Source: Ignavibacteriota bacterium (GTDB taxonomy: Bacteria > Bacteroidota > Ignavibacteria > UBA10030). Taken from it: 64,000 nucleotides of DNA. This document shows positions 41,475 to 50,923 of this stretch, piece after piece. A program made the position numbers and the translations under genes. Numbering within the stretch: the first letter of the stretch is position 1; each line of letters opens with the position of its first letter. The stretch spans positions 32,001 to 96,000 of the forward strand of contig CAVSHO010000011.1 of the NCBI GenBank assembly GCA_963727825.1, written 5' to 3'. The notes under the pieces were generated by a model. That model made no database searches. It was not told the DNA's origin and was given only the letters and a program-made list of their open reading frames with translations.

Positions 41475-41978
41475 CTAGTTATAGTTGACCGTTACGGTAA
41501 AGGCTGCACTAACATAAGATCCGGCTGCTGTAGATACAGGTAAATTCAGTGTAGCGCCAACAGTTACTGTCTGGGCACCTGCACTTAACGTACCTGTTGC
41601 AGAAGGAGTACTAGTAAATGTACCAGCCGTTACACCTGCAGTAGTGCCAGTAAGCGTAATAGGTGAACCTGGTAAAGTTATAGCATACGTATAGGCTCCT
41701 TAACCTGTAACATTAAAAGAAGCGGCTGTGACCGTTCCTGCAGTAGCAGGAAGTGTTACACCACCGGTTGATGTGCGTGAACTGGCAGGAGTCAGTACAA
41801 CTGTGCCTACTGTGCCGTTTGTGGCTACATTGCCAAAATTCATATCAACTGTTTTACTGATGCCTATTGGTGTTACAATAGTAGCAGTTGCGGTGGCAGT
41901 TGCACTTGCTTGAGCAAACGCATTTGTCGATAATCCGACTACCATCAAGAGGGCGATGAGAAGAATTAATTTTTTCAT
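41475..41978 (-). pseudogene. DUF4402 pilin-like gene (major subunit candidate) with one in-frame TAA at 41700-41702
   Basis: Frame continues after the TAA (GAYTYAITLPGSP...VTVNYN*); same 504-bp length as paralog 40719..41222, which has TCA (Ser) at this codon. Confidence 0.85.
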
Positions 41979-42064
41979 TGTAGTATCCTTTGTATTAAAT
42001 GATTTGTTATTGTTTATTTGTTATTATTTTCATTTATCATCAATTTTATCTTCTGCTACCTACT

Positions 42065-42080
42065 ATCAATCTCTGTGCCA
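42065..42080 (-). promoter_or_regulatory. Sigma54-like -24/-12 motif upstream of the pilin-like operon
   Basis: Minus strand TGGCACAGAGATTGAT. Confidence 0.5.
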
Positions 42081-42318
42081 ATGCAGATTTCCCTTATTTT
42101 TCGATGATTTTGTGATTTTGTGTTGAAGTGAGCGTATCACTATGATAATTATGGCTCACAATGAGAATTTACTTATTATGCCTCAAAGGAGCAAAATAAA
42201 TAGATAATTGGACTATATATAATTGAATTACGCATCATAATGATACATCGTTGTGTTATCGAGGTTTTAGGATGGCGTTTATTCTATAATTAACGGGATT
42301 CTTAACAAAAAATCACGC

Positions 42319-42334
42319 TGGCATATAGATTGTT
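42319..42334 (+). promoter_or_regulatory. Sigma54-like motif upstream of the histidine kinase
   Basis: TGGCATATAGATTGTT. Confidence 0.35.
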
Positions 42335-42413
42335 TGATATTCATTGTCCTTATTTGATCAATTACAGAAGATTGCCTTTGATTATGAAATCAATGACAGG
42401 GGGTATAAATATT

Positions 42414-43127
42414 ATGTACAGTGAGTCTACTGTTTTTGGAACTCAAAAATTAAAGAGCAAAATTGTCAAGCAGATTTCGCATGAATTTCGTACGCCTCTT
42501 ACTTCCATAATTGGCTTCGCCGAGATGCTCGAGGAAGATATCCAGATTAACGAAAATCAGCGGATAGAATATGCAAGTTATATCCGGAACGAGGGGCTGC
42601 GGCTGACAAAACTTGTTGACGACCTTGTCGGACTTGATTCTCTTGAGCAAGGACAGGTTCACCTTCAATTGGAAGAATCTGAAATTCAGGAAACAGTACG
42701 GTATGCCGCAAAGTTTGTCGTGGAACAAGCACTTAATAAGTGCATCCACCTTTCTATCGAGATGCCAGACGAACCTATCCTTCTAAACATTGACCGTGAA
42801 AGAATCGTTCATGCTTTATATCAGTTACTCCATAATGCCGTTCGATTCACAAAACCTTGTGGCCTTATAAATCTAAAAGTAGAAGCGGCCGACAAGTTTG
42901 CTATAATCTCCATCCATGATGATGGTCCTGGTATTCCGGAAAAAGATATACCATTTCTATTTACAAGATTTGGAAAGCTCTACCGTTCAGGCGAAGAAAC
43001 GCATGGCAGCGGAGTTGGACTCGCAATCGTAAAACATATTATTGATCAGCATAACGGCGATATCGCTGTACAAAGCAAAGTCGGAGAAGGTTCAACCTTC
43101 ACAATACAAATTCCGATTACTTTATGA
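42414..43127 (+). CDS. Cytoplasmic histidine kinase (HisKA + HATPase, no sensor domain)
   Basis: SHEFRTPLTSI H-box, LLHNAVRF, DDGPGI, GSGVGLAIVK; start chosen at MYSES after AGGGGG. Confidence 0.88.
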   Translation: MYSESTVFGTQKLKSKIVKQISHEFRTPLTSIIGFAEMLEEDIQINENQRIEYASYIRNEGLRLTKLVDDLVGLDSLEQGQVHLQLEESEIQETVRYAAKFVVEQALNKCIHLSIEMPDEPILLNIDRERIVHALYQLLHNAVRFTKPCGLINLKVEAADKFAIISIHDDGPGIPEKDIPFLFTRFGKLYRSGEETHGSGVGLAIVKHIIDQHNGDIAVQSKVGEGSTFTIQIPITL

Positions 43128-43277
43128 TGATCTGTAAATAATGACGAAATGCGACCGCTTCATTATCATTAATACTTAATGCAAATGAAATATTGAAGCA
43201 GATTAAAGCTATGATCAATAAAAGAATATTTAGCGTTCCCATCTTTATAATGTCTTCCCTCGATTATTGAATTTACT

Positions 43278-43305
43278 GCCTAACGAATTGTACTAAGCTG
43301 CCACA
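43278..43305 (-). other. Orphan attC right half (L'/R')
   Basis: GCCTAACGAATTGTACTAAGCTGCC matches the array's attC ends, e.g. GCCTAACGAATGGCAACTAAGCTGCC at 49537. Confidence 0.55.
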
Positions 43306-43593
43306 GTACAAATTTTCGACATGCAATATCCGAAACAAACTCATCTGCGAAGATGCCGTTTATTATTTTCTTCTCTTTGAGGACTCTATTTGCTCAGCTA
43401 CTATTAAAATAGGAACTTACAGAGTGACTATTTTGTCATAACATTGATAGAAGTATTTATTGCTAACAGATATAAGAAGATTCAATGACTACCAAATCAC
43501 ATTCCTCCACTTGAATTTAGAGTTTGAAACAGGTAAAATGCTTTAACAAAAAAACTTTCTATTGAAATCAAACTCTGATTTAAGGGATTCCTG

Positions 43594-46224
43594 ATGAACA
43601 TTTCTCCATCTAATATTCTTCCAAAACTCTTTCCGACTGTATTGAAACAACAGACAGTAAAGATTCAAGTTTCTCCACTTCTCATAGAATCTTCAGCAAG
43701 TAGTGTAGAACCTCTCCTCGCTCGTTTTAGTACTTCACTTTCAGGTATTTCTAGTGAACGAGCTGCACAACTGCTTGAACAGCATGGGCCAAATGTTATT
43801 GCCGGTGAACAATCGCATAGCTGGCTGAGACTTTTGAGAAATGCGGTCCTGAACCCGCTTGTGATTCTTCTTGCAGTCATTGGAGTTGTAGCATTTCTGA
43901 CCCAGGATTACGATACAGCGGTGATAATTTCACTGATGGTTGTGTTAGGGCTGGTCCTGCGGTTCGTTCAGGAATATCGAGCAGATATCGCTGCCGCCAA
44001 ACTTAGGGCGATGATACATGTAACAACAACATTAGTACGCGATGGTGTTGAACAAGAAGTTCCCATCTCACGCGTCGTACCAGGCGATATCGTCAAACTT
44101 GCGGCAGGAGACATTATCCCTGCCGATATTCGCCTTCTGTCGTGCAAGGATCTTTTTATTATGCAGAGCAGTTTGACGGGCGAATCGCTGCCAGTCGAAA
44201 AGTTTGATGCTCCAGTAAATGGCGCCGATCACTCGCCGTTGGAACTTCACAATCTCTGTTTCCTTGGCACGAGTGTTGAGAGCGGCTCTGCAACTGCTGT
44301 CGTAATAACGACAGGGTTCAACACCTATCTCGGCAGCATGGCCAAATCAATTACTGAACAGCAACCGCCAACTAGTTTCGATAAAGGCATCCAGAGCTTT
44401 ACGTGGCTTATGATCCGCTTCATGTTCGTGATGGTACCTCTTGTATTTCTGATCAACGGACTCACGAAAGGGAACTGGCACGAAGCTTTCTTCTTTGCCC
44501 TCGCTGTTGCGGTCGGACTCACACCAGAGATGCTTCCGATGATTGTCACAGTCTGTCTTTCCAAAGGCGCAATTGCAATGTCGAAGAAGAAGGTGATCAT
44601 CAAAAGATTGCACTCCATCCAAAACTTAGGCGCTATGGACATTCTATGTACGGACAAGACCGGAACATTGACTATCGATCATGTGCTTCTTGAGCAGTAT
44701 TGTGATGTGGTTCGCAAGAAAGATGAAGAAATTCTAATGATGGCATATCTCAACAGTCACTTTCAGACCGGACTACGCAATGTATTGGATCGAGCTATCC
44801 TTCAGCATAATGAAATAGTTGAGCGAGTGCATATTCAAGAATATCGGAAAATAGATGAAATTCCTTTCGACTTCTCGCGAAAAGTTATGTCGGTTGTTGT
44901 GGAAATGCCTGATGGTGTGTATCGTATGATCACCAAAGGTGCTCCTGAAGAAATTTTCAAACGCTGCACACATTTTGAGCTTGACGGCGACGTTGATCCG
45001 ATCGAGCCAATTCTAATTCAGGATTTGAAAGAAGAATACGAGCGCTTAAGCGCAGATGGATTTCGGGTGTTAGCCCTTGCGTACAAAGATCTTGATAAGA
45101 AATCAGCTTATGCGAAAGATGATGAGAGCAATATGATTCTCCATGGCTATCTCGCTTTCCTTGATCCGCCAAAAGAAACTGCCGCACCAGCCATTAAAGC
45201 ATTGCAGGCACATGGTGTTACGGTTAAAGTTCTGACTGGAGATAACGAACTCGTCACGCATAAAATATGCCAGGTCGTTGGACTGAATGCCGAACATATG
45301 ATGCTCGGAAGCGAAGTGGAACATCTGAGCGATGATGAACTGGCTATCAAGGCGGAACAAACGACGATCTTCGCTCGGCTATCTCCTGCACACAAACAGC
45401 GCGTTGTGCGAGCACTTCGGAACAATGGCCATACCGTCGGATATATGGGAGACGGCATCAACGATGCACCGGCGCTTCGCGCTGCGGATATCGGCATCTC
45501 GGTAGATTCGGCGGTCGATATTGCAAAAGAGTCAGCCGATGCGATCCTCCTTGAAAAAAGCTTGATGGTTTTAGAAGAAGGCGTGCTGGAAGGACGTAAG
45601 GTCTTTGCAAACATTCTTAAGTATATTCGAATGGGAGCAAGCTCAAATTTTGGAAATATGTTCAGCGTCCTAGGCGCAAGCATTTTTCTTCCGTATTTGC
45701 CTATGTTACCGGTTCAGATCCTTACCAACAATTTGCTTTATGATTTCTCGCAGACACCGATTCCGACTGACGAGGTCGACGCCGATCAGGTCGCAAAGCC
45801 TCGTCCGTGGGCAATCGGCAACCTTACCAGATTTATTCTCTTTGTCGGGCCTATCAGTTCGATCTTCGATTATACGACGTTTTTCATCATGCTTTATGTA
45901 TTCAATTGTTGGAACCCCGCACATGCATCATTGTTTCAAACTGGTTGGTTTGTCGAGTCGCTCCTTACACAGACGCTCATTATTCATATCATCCGAACCA
46001 ATAAAATTCCGTTTTTACAAAGTCGTGCAAGCTGGCCGTTATTGGCAATGACAGCTGTTGTGATGATGATCGGAATGTGGCTTCCATTCGCACCATTTGC
46101 AGGCGCACTAAACCTTACGCCCCTGCCTCCGCTATATTGGCCGTTAATCGCTCTTACATTGGTCAGCTACATTTTCCTAACACAATTCGTCAAGCAATGG
46201 CTTTTAAAGATGACCTGGATATGA
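43594..46224 (+). CDS. mgtA: Magnesium-translocating P-type ATPase
   Basis: LTGESLPVEK, AVGLTPEMLPMIV, DKTGTLT, DEIPFDF, GDGINDAPAL, ASSNFGNMFS, FQTGWFVES. Confidence 0.93.
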   Translation: MNISPSNILPKLFPTVLKQQTVKIQVSPLLIESSASSVEPLLARFSTSLSGISSERAAQLLEQHGPNVIAGEQSHSWLRLLRNAVLNPLVILLAVIGVVAFLTQDYDTAVIISLMVVLGLVLRFVQEYRADIAAAKLRAMIHVTTTLVRDGVEQEVPISRVVPGDIVKLAAGDIIPADIRLLSCKDLFIMQSSLTGESLPVEKFDAPVNGADHSPLELHNLCFLGTSVESGSATAVVITTGFNTYLGSMAKSITEQQPPTSFDKGIQSFTWLMIRFMFVMVPLVFLINGLTKGNWHEAFFFALAVAVGLTPEMLPMIVTVCLSKGAIAMSKKKVIIKRLHSIQNLGAMDILCTDKTGTLTIDHVLLEQYCDVVRKKDEEILMMAYLNSHFQTGLRNVLDRAILQHNEIVERVHIQEYRKIDEIPFDFSRKVMSVVVEMPDGVYRMITKGAPEEIFKRCTHFELDGDVDPIEPILIQDLKEEYERLSADGFRVLALAYKDLDKKSAYAKDDESNMILHGYLAFLDPPKETAAPAIKALQAHGVTVKVLTGDNELVTHKICQVVGLNAEHMMLGSEVEHLSDDELAIKAEQTTIFARLSPAHKQRVVRALRNNGHTVGYMGDGINDAPALRAADIGISVDSAVDIAKESADAILLEKSLMVLEEGVLEGRKVFANILKYIRMGASSNFGNMFSVLGASIFLPYLPMLPVQILTNNLLYDFSQTPIPTDEVDADQVAKPRPWAIGNLTRFILFVGPISSIFDYTTFFIMLYVFNCWNPAHASLFQTGWFVESLLTQTLIIHIIRTNKIPFLQSRASWPLLAMTAVVMMIGMWLPFAPFAGALNLTPLPPLYWPLIALTLVSYIFLTQFVKQWLLKMTWI

Positions 46225-46514
46225 AATAGGTTTGCAACATCAATACATATTTCATTATTATTCAATAGGAAGGAAATGAAGAGGCGTTTTTAGCGGGCTA
46301 CATATAACAAAAAGATGGACTACACTCCATCATTGGCAAATGATAGAAATGTTAATACCTTTCTCGCAAATAGGGAAGGAATTTAACTCCTGGCAAATGA
46401 ACATAGGATCCACTCCCCTGCTCACAAATCCCAGCGAGCATAGCGGTAAAAAAAGGCTTAAGAATATTTGTAGATAGGATTGCATACAATAGAGGGGCAA
46501 CAAAAAAGGCATCT

Positions 46515-46536
46515 GGTTCAAGTCCCGCCCCCGCTA
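46515..46536 (+). other. 3' fragment of a tRNA (initiator Met-like); possible att-site scar
   Basis: GGTTCAAGTCCCGCCCCCGCTA matches T-loop plus 3' acceptor strand; no 5' half of a tRNA upstream. Confidence 0.55.
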
Positions 46537-46551
46537 ATTAGTCCCAAGAAG

Positions 46552-46586
46552 AATCCTCATTAAATTAATTTGGTGAGGATTTTTTT
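46552..46586 (+). terminator. Intrinsic terminator (possibly bidirectional)
   Basis: AATCCTCA...TGAGGATT followed by a T tract. Confidence 0.6.
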
Positions 46587-46733
46587 GTCTATGGGCAAAA
46601 CTTTGATGTGTTTTTATTGTTTTTGATACCGGTGCTCATCCGGTAATCTTGCCTACCTGCCGTCTTTTGGACGGGAGCGCCTCAGTTAAGTGTTTTTGGT
46701 AATAATCTTTTGCAAGTATCGTTGTCTTGTATT

Positions 46734-47579
46734 TTATCGGGTGTTATGTTCTTTGTTCCAGTCATTTAGAACCTTAATCATATGAGGAAGCAATTCTATT
46801 CCTCCTTCTTTACCGTGACCAGGAATTACAATGCGACAATCTTGAAATCTATTCATTACTTTTTCAACAGAAACTGGCCATTCAGCCATATTCGCATATC
46901 CGATAAAACCGGGGTTATTATGCTCCAACCCTTTTATCATACAGCCTCCAAACAGAATCTTTCGCTTATGAAAATAAACAACCGTGTTATCTATTGTGTG
47001 AGATTCTCCCGGAAAGTATACTTCAAAAACCTCGTCTCCAAATTTCAATTCTAAGCCTTCTTTGATAGGAAAAGTTTTATTTGGCGGCATCAAATTTAGC
47101 TCCTTGTAAGAATTGAAGTAACGCTTATTCTCACTAGAAGAAACTGAATTCAAAATGACCTTTTTTAATTCTACACCCTTTTCTTTTATAAGTTTCACTG
47201 TTAAATCAGGACCATATACCGGGATGTTCTTGGAAAACAAAACTTCATCGCCTCCAAGGTTATCCTGATGAAAACCAGTAACAATTGCCATTAATTTAAG
47301 CGACCCAAAACTCTTTTCAATCCAGTGCAGTAACGAGTCAGTACCGGTTCTTTCGCAAGGTGTGTTAATAAGTAATCCTTGCGAGTCAGGCAAAAGAATA
47401 AACATTCCATTAGAACCCCAGGGAAAATAATGAGTAAATATATAGACACTATCTTGAATTTTAGTATAATACAAATCCTCACTTATCTTGATTTGATTCT
47501 TTTTGGGGTCAGATTGGCAATAACTATTTACTCCATACAGCAATACGATAAGGAGAATAAGAATTTTATTCTTTCGCAA
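46734..47579 (-). CDS. Subclass B1-like metallo-beta-lactamase with Gly at the His116 position (cassette)
   Basis: Signal peptide; SNG..LLINTP; TGFHQDNLGG (G-x-H-x-D); FPGESHTIDN; LFGGCMIK; VIPGHG. Confidence 0.85.
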   Translation of the reverse strand: MRKNKILILLIVLLYGVNSYCQSDPKKNQIKISEDLYYTKIQDSVYIFTHYFPWGSNGMFILLPDSQGLLINTPCERTGTDSLLHWIEKSFGSLKLMAIVTGFHQDNLGGDEVLFSKNIPVYGPDLTVKLIKEKGVELKKVILNSVSSSENKRYFNSYKELNLMPPNKTFPIKEGLELKFGDEVFEVYFPGESHTIDNTVVYFHKRKILFGGCMIKGLEHNNPGFIGYANMAEWPVSVEKVMNRFQDCRIVIPGHGKEGGIELLPHMIKVLNDWNKEHNTR

Positions 47580-47645
47580 GTTGAGTCCTTTTATAATTTA
47601 TACCTGTTTGTCATATTTATAATAATTGCTAACCCTAGTAAAAAC

Positions 47646-47879
47646 GCCTAACGAATCGGCGCTAAGTCCCGATTCGACAGATTTGATGTTTTCTAATCAA
47701 ATCGTGGTCGAATCGCGGATCCCGCTTTGCGGGATCTAAAATTTTTACCACGTTGAAAACTTTCAAATTATTGAAAACGAAATAAGTTCCACGTAGAAAG
47801 TTTTATTATTTGTACCAGACCTTTACTCGCAATGAATTTTGCGCTAAGCTATTGTGTCAGATAGAGCGACTAGTTAGGT
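47646..47879 (-). other. attC site (~234 bp) with nested hairpins
   Basis: Minus strand ACCTAAC-TAGTCGCTCTATCTGAC ... CTTAGCGCCGATTC-GTTAGGC. Confidence 0.75.
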
Positions 47880-47897
47880 TACGGGGTGATATCTGTT

Positions 47898-48473
47898 TTA
47901 AAAAATAAACGGTATTAATGCCGAAACACGCCGTGAATATGTTGCATACGTTTCCCCGAATTGTGCTCGCATCAATTTTTCCTCAAGCCTCAATTTGTAG
48001 AATAGCACAGCGAATACTAATACGACAGCAACTAATCCACGCCACTTACCGATTGCGACTGCTGTACCAAATAATGCAAATAAAAGTCCTGTATAAATCG
48101 GATGACGTACAAAAGCATACGGTCCACTTGTCACCAACTGATGATCTTGCTTAATTGTAACAGCCTGGCTCCAATTAGTTCCTAAATGATTTCGTGCCCA
48201 GATAGAAAATAATAGACCGTTCGCTGTAAAAATCACACCAATCCAAAAGCTAGTAAAACCCGAAGGGACAAAGCGCTCATCAAGAATATCAAATGGAATA
48301 TTTTGTAAGACGAGCAATACTATTGCAGAAATCATCGCAATGAGCCGTACGATACGTGATTGCGCAGATTCGCGTACCTGTTCCGTTTGCTTGACATTAT
48401 TTGCCTTTATCCACCAATAGATTTGATAAGCTAACCAGAGTATTACAATTAGAGAATAGTAAATTATCTTCAT
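47898..48473 (-). CDS. Isoprenylcysteine carboxyl methyltransferase (ICMT/Ste14-like) membrane protein (cassette)
   Basis: LGTNWS, HQLVTSGPYAFVRHPIYTG, EEKLM..FGETY; start reset to MKII because the longer ORF begins inside the attC. Confidence 0.88.
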   Translation of the reverse strand: MKIIYYSLIVILWLAYQIYWWIKANNVKQTEQVRESAQSRIVRLIAMISAIVLLVLQNIPFDILDERFVPSGFTSFWIGVIFTANGLLFSIWARNHLGTNWSQAVTIKQDHQLVTSGPYAFVRHPIYTGLLFALFGTAVAIGKWRGLVAVVLVFAVLFYKLRLEEKLMRAQFGETYATYSRRVSALIPFIF

Positions 48474-48487
48474 TGCTTTTTCCCGAG

Positions 48488-48650
48488 CCCTAACGGTTGG
48501 CAACTAAGCTGCCGCGTTGATAACTTTCAAATTGTATTAAACGAACCAAGTTCATTCACTTCACTAAACCTTTGAATGTAATGCAAAATGCACCCACGCC
48601 TGCCTGCCGGCAGGCAGGCTCGTTTGGTCAGGTTGAGCCGATGGTTAGGC
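48488..48650 (-). other. attC site (163 bp)
   Basis: Minus strand GCCTAAC-CATCGG-CTCAACCTGAC ... GCAGCTTAG-TTGCCAACC-GTTAGGG; contains the palindrome GCCTGCCTGCCGGCAGGCAGGC (48598-48619). Confidence 0.85.
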
Positions 48651-48660
48651 AATATTAATT

Positions 48661-49506
48661 TTACAATAATACTCCAAACCCGACGGAAAGCGTTGTGTAC
48701 GTGACATTAATATTGATGTTATTGCCGCTAGCTGAACCGCCAAATGACTTATATAACCACTCAATGAATATTTTATTGATTTCTAATCTTAGACCACCGG
48801 CGATATATAAACCACCGCTCAAATTGTATGGACCGCTATAAAATGAATCTCCATTGAATATTACATCATAACCAACATTTGCGATAATAATCGGGATGAC
48901 TTTTTCTTCTTGACTTGTTAGTTTAATTTTTACGACCTCATAAAGAGGAACATAATTGAATTTACCGCCTCCTCTTACATCTAGTCCTCGAGGATTGAGA
49001 TACATAATACCAAAAGCATAATTAAACACATTATCATTTATTTCCCCATACTCAAGCGCGAAAGATATTCCAGTCATTACATCTATAGAGCCGGATTGGC
49101 CCATAGCACTCGCTTTGTTACTTCCCGCTAAGTCAGCGCATACCTTTAGGGATACTCTTGCTGCAGATGTTTCCTTGGTTTTTGATGGAGATATATTATT
49201 AATCGGTTGAACAGAATAAATCATTGATTTATTTATTGTTATAAATCCAAGATTAGATTGATATGTCGCAGTAGAATCATTTGCTGAAATAAATTCTCCT
49301 TCAAAAGAATTTCCATTTAAAAGCTTAACTAGAATCATTTGCTTTGCTTGAAGAGAATCCTTTTTTTGTATAGATATAGTTTCTGAAGAATCTTTCTTTG
49401 ACATATCACTATAGTGTAAATAGTTATTAGCGGTATCAATTTGAGCAGAAGTTAATTGACAAACCATCAATAACAATCCTACAAACAACGTAATTCCTTT
49501 CATCAT
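48661..49506 (-). CDS. Secreted/outer-membrane beta-barrel hypothetical protein (cassette)
   Basis: Signal peptide, small VKLLNGNSFEG domain, amphipathic C-terminal strands; GGAGGAG RBS. Confidence 0.7.
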   Translation of the reverse strand: MMKGITLFVGLLLMVCQLTSAQIDTANNYLHYSDMSKKDSSETISIQKKDSLQAKQMILVKLLNGNSFEGEFISANDSTATYQSNLGFITINKSMIYSVQPINNISPSKTKETSAARVSLKVCADLAGSNKASAMGQSGSIDVMTGISFALEYGEINDNVFNYAFGIMYLNPRGLDVRGGGKFNYVPLYEVVKIKLTSQEEKVIPIIIANVGYDVIFNGDSFYSGPYNLSGGLYIAGGLRLEINKIFIEWLYKSFGGSASGNNININVTYTTLSVGFGVLL

Positions 49507-49536
49507 CTCCTCCAATGAATTGATTTAATTAATGTT

Positions 49537-49734
49537 GCCTAACGAATGGCAACTAAGCTGCCGCGTTGAATAGTTTCGTGATGCACCCAAGGAAACAAGT
49601 TCACGCTACCGATAGAATTATTAAACATCAAACCTCTAAACGCAATGTTGATTGCTCCCACGCCTGCCTGCCGGCAGGCAGGCTCATTCGGTCAGCTTGT
49701 CCGAGGGACTCCTTCTGAGAGCCGCAGGTTAGAA
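49537..49734 (-). other. attC site (198 bp) with an insertion in the L'' box
   Basis: Plus strand GCCTAAC...CTAAGCTGCCGCGTTGA ... GTCAGCTTG[TCCGAGGGACTCCTTCTGA]GAGCCGCAG-GTTAGAA; palindrome at 49662-49683. Confidence 0.8.
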
Positions 49735-49759
49735 CACACGCTGTAGGTCTATTATTATT

Positions 49760-50596
49760 TTAATCAATGCTATAATCTCCAGGTTGAGGCAATTTATTAC
49801 GTAGCTTCCAGAATATAACCGCAATTACTATTGAGAAAACACATAATCCAAGACCCATTTCCGTGAGGAAATAACTTTTGCCTCCTTTTTCGATTAGGAA
49901 TTGATCAAATACATTTTGAATAAAGAAATTATGACTCGCATGATAAAATAATCCTACCCACAAACTTCCTGATTTTATCCTCAACCAAGTCAACATAAAG
50001 CTAATTGAAACCAATGATATTGTACTAATTACTATTTTAAAAATAGAAAAACCACCTCCATAATTGGTCATTATCATTAAGGGAATATGCCATATTATCC
50101 AAATAGCACCAATTACAAATGATGTTGTTGTCATATTGGTTAGTTTATATAATCTTGGGGTAAGGAAACCTCGCCATCCAACTTCTTCTCCAAAAGAACC
50201 AATAGCTCTTAATAAAAGTCCAATAATGCAGAAAAGAAGAAAATCCACGCTTATAGGTAAGTTAGAACCTAATCCAATTTTGAAATGCTCTTTGACACTC
50301 CCGATTTTGGTTATCCATGCAAAACCATATATAACAATACCATAAATAATTGGTATTAAAAGAGAAAGAAACAAATACTTACCTTTTCCCAATTTCCATC
50401 CTAACTTGTTTATTTTCCGATCAGATATTAGCCTTGTGATTAAAGCGGCTAAGAAAGGGCTATAAACCAGGAGCAATGTAACTGCACTGTCTTCAACGTT
50501 TGGTCCAGTACTTTGAGAAATTAGGATATAACTTAATCCACTAAAGATTATTAATAAAGTTAAAAAAATAAATATTTCCTTTTTCGTTTTTTCCAT
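49760..50596 (-). CDS. CPBP (CAAX/Abi) family intramembrane metalloprotease (cassette)
   Basis: GEEVGWRGFL, WIIWHIP, YHASHN. Confidence 0.9.
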   Translation of the reverse strand: MEKTKKEIFIFLTLLIIFSGLSYILISQSTGPNVEDSAVTLLLVYSPFLAALITRLISDRKINKLGWKLGKGKYLFLSLLIPIIYGIVIYGFAWITKIGSVKEHFKIGLGSNLPISVDFLLFCIIGLLLRAIGSFGEEVGWRGFLTPRLYKLTNMTTTSFVIGAIWIIWHIPLMIMTNYGGGFSIFKIVISTISLVSISFMLTWLRIKSGSLWVGLFYHASHNFFIQNVFDQFLIEKGGKSYFLTEMGLGLCVFSIVIAVIFWKLRNKLPQPGDYSID

Positions 50597-50688
50597 TATT
50601 TCTCCATAAGACGATTTGGATGTCCTAAGTACAAGATACTTTTCATCTTACAAATAACTTTGTAATGGCACCAAAATTTATTCGTCTG

Positions 50689-50864
50689 TTCTAACGAACG
50701 GGCACTAAGCTGACGCATTGATAACTTTCAAATTATACTAAACGAAACAAGATCATTGAACATTGAACACTCGCACCCCGATAAATCGGGGCGCTTCGGG
50801 AAAGTATTATTTACTTGTCCGAAGGACCCCTACGGGGACTCTTTCCTTTTTAAAATGGTTAGCT
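50689..50864 (-). other. attC site (176 bp), left arm degenerate
   Basis: Plus strand TTCTAACGAACGGGCACTAAGCTG ... AAATG-GTTAGCT; two internal micro-hairpins. Confidence 0.7.
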
Positions 50865-50923
50865 TGCAAACAGATGACGTATTTTGTGATTTAATTATTA
50901 ACTTATCTTTGTAAAGCTAGTGT

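Noticed and set aside
43130-43593. Mg-sensing riboswitch or leader peptide upstream of mgtA
   Set aside because: No M-box consensus or Pro-rich leader recognisable by eye; needs an Rfam scan
46440-46540. Complete tRNA gene
   Set aside because: Only the 3' 22 nt match; no D-arm, anticodon arm or 5' acceptor strand
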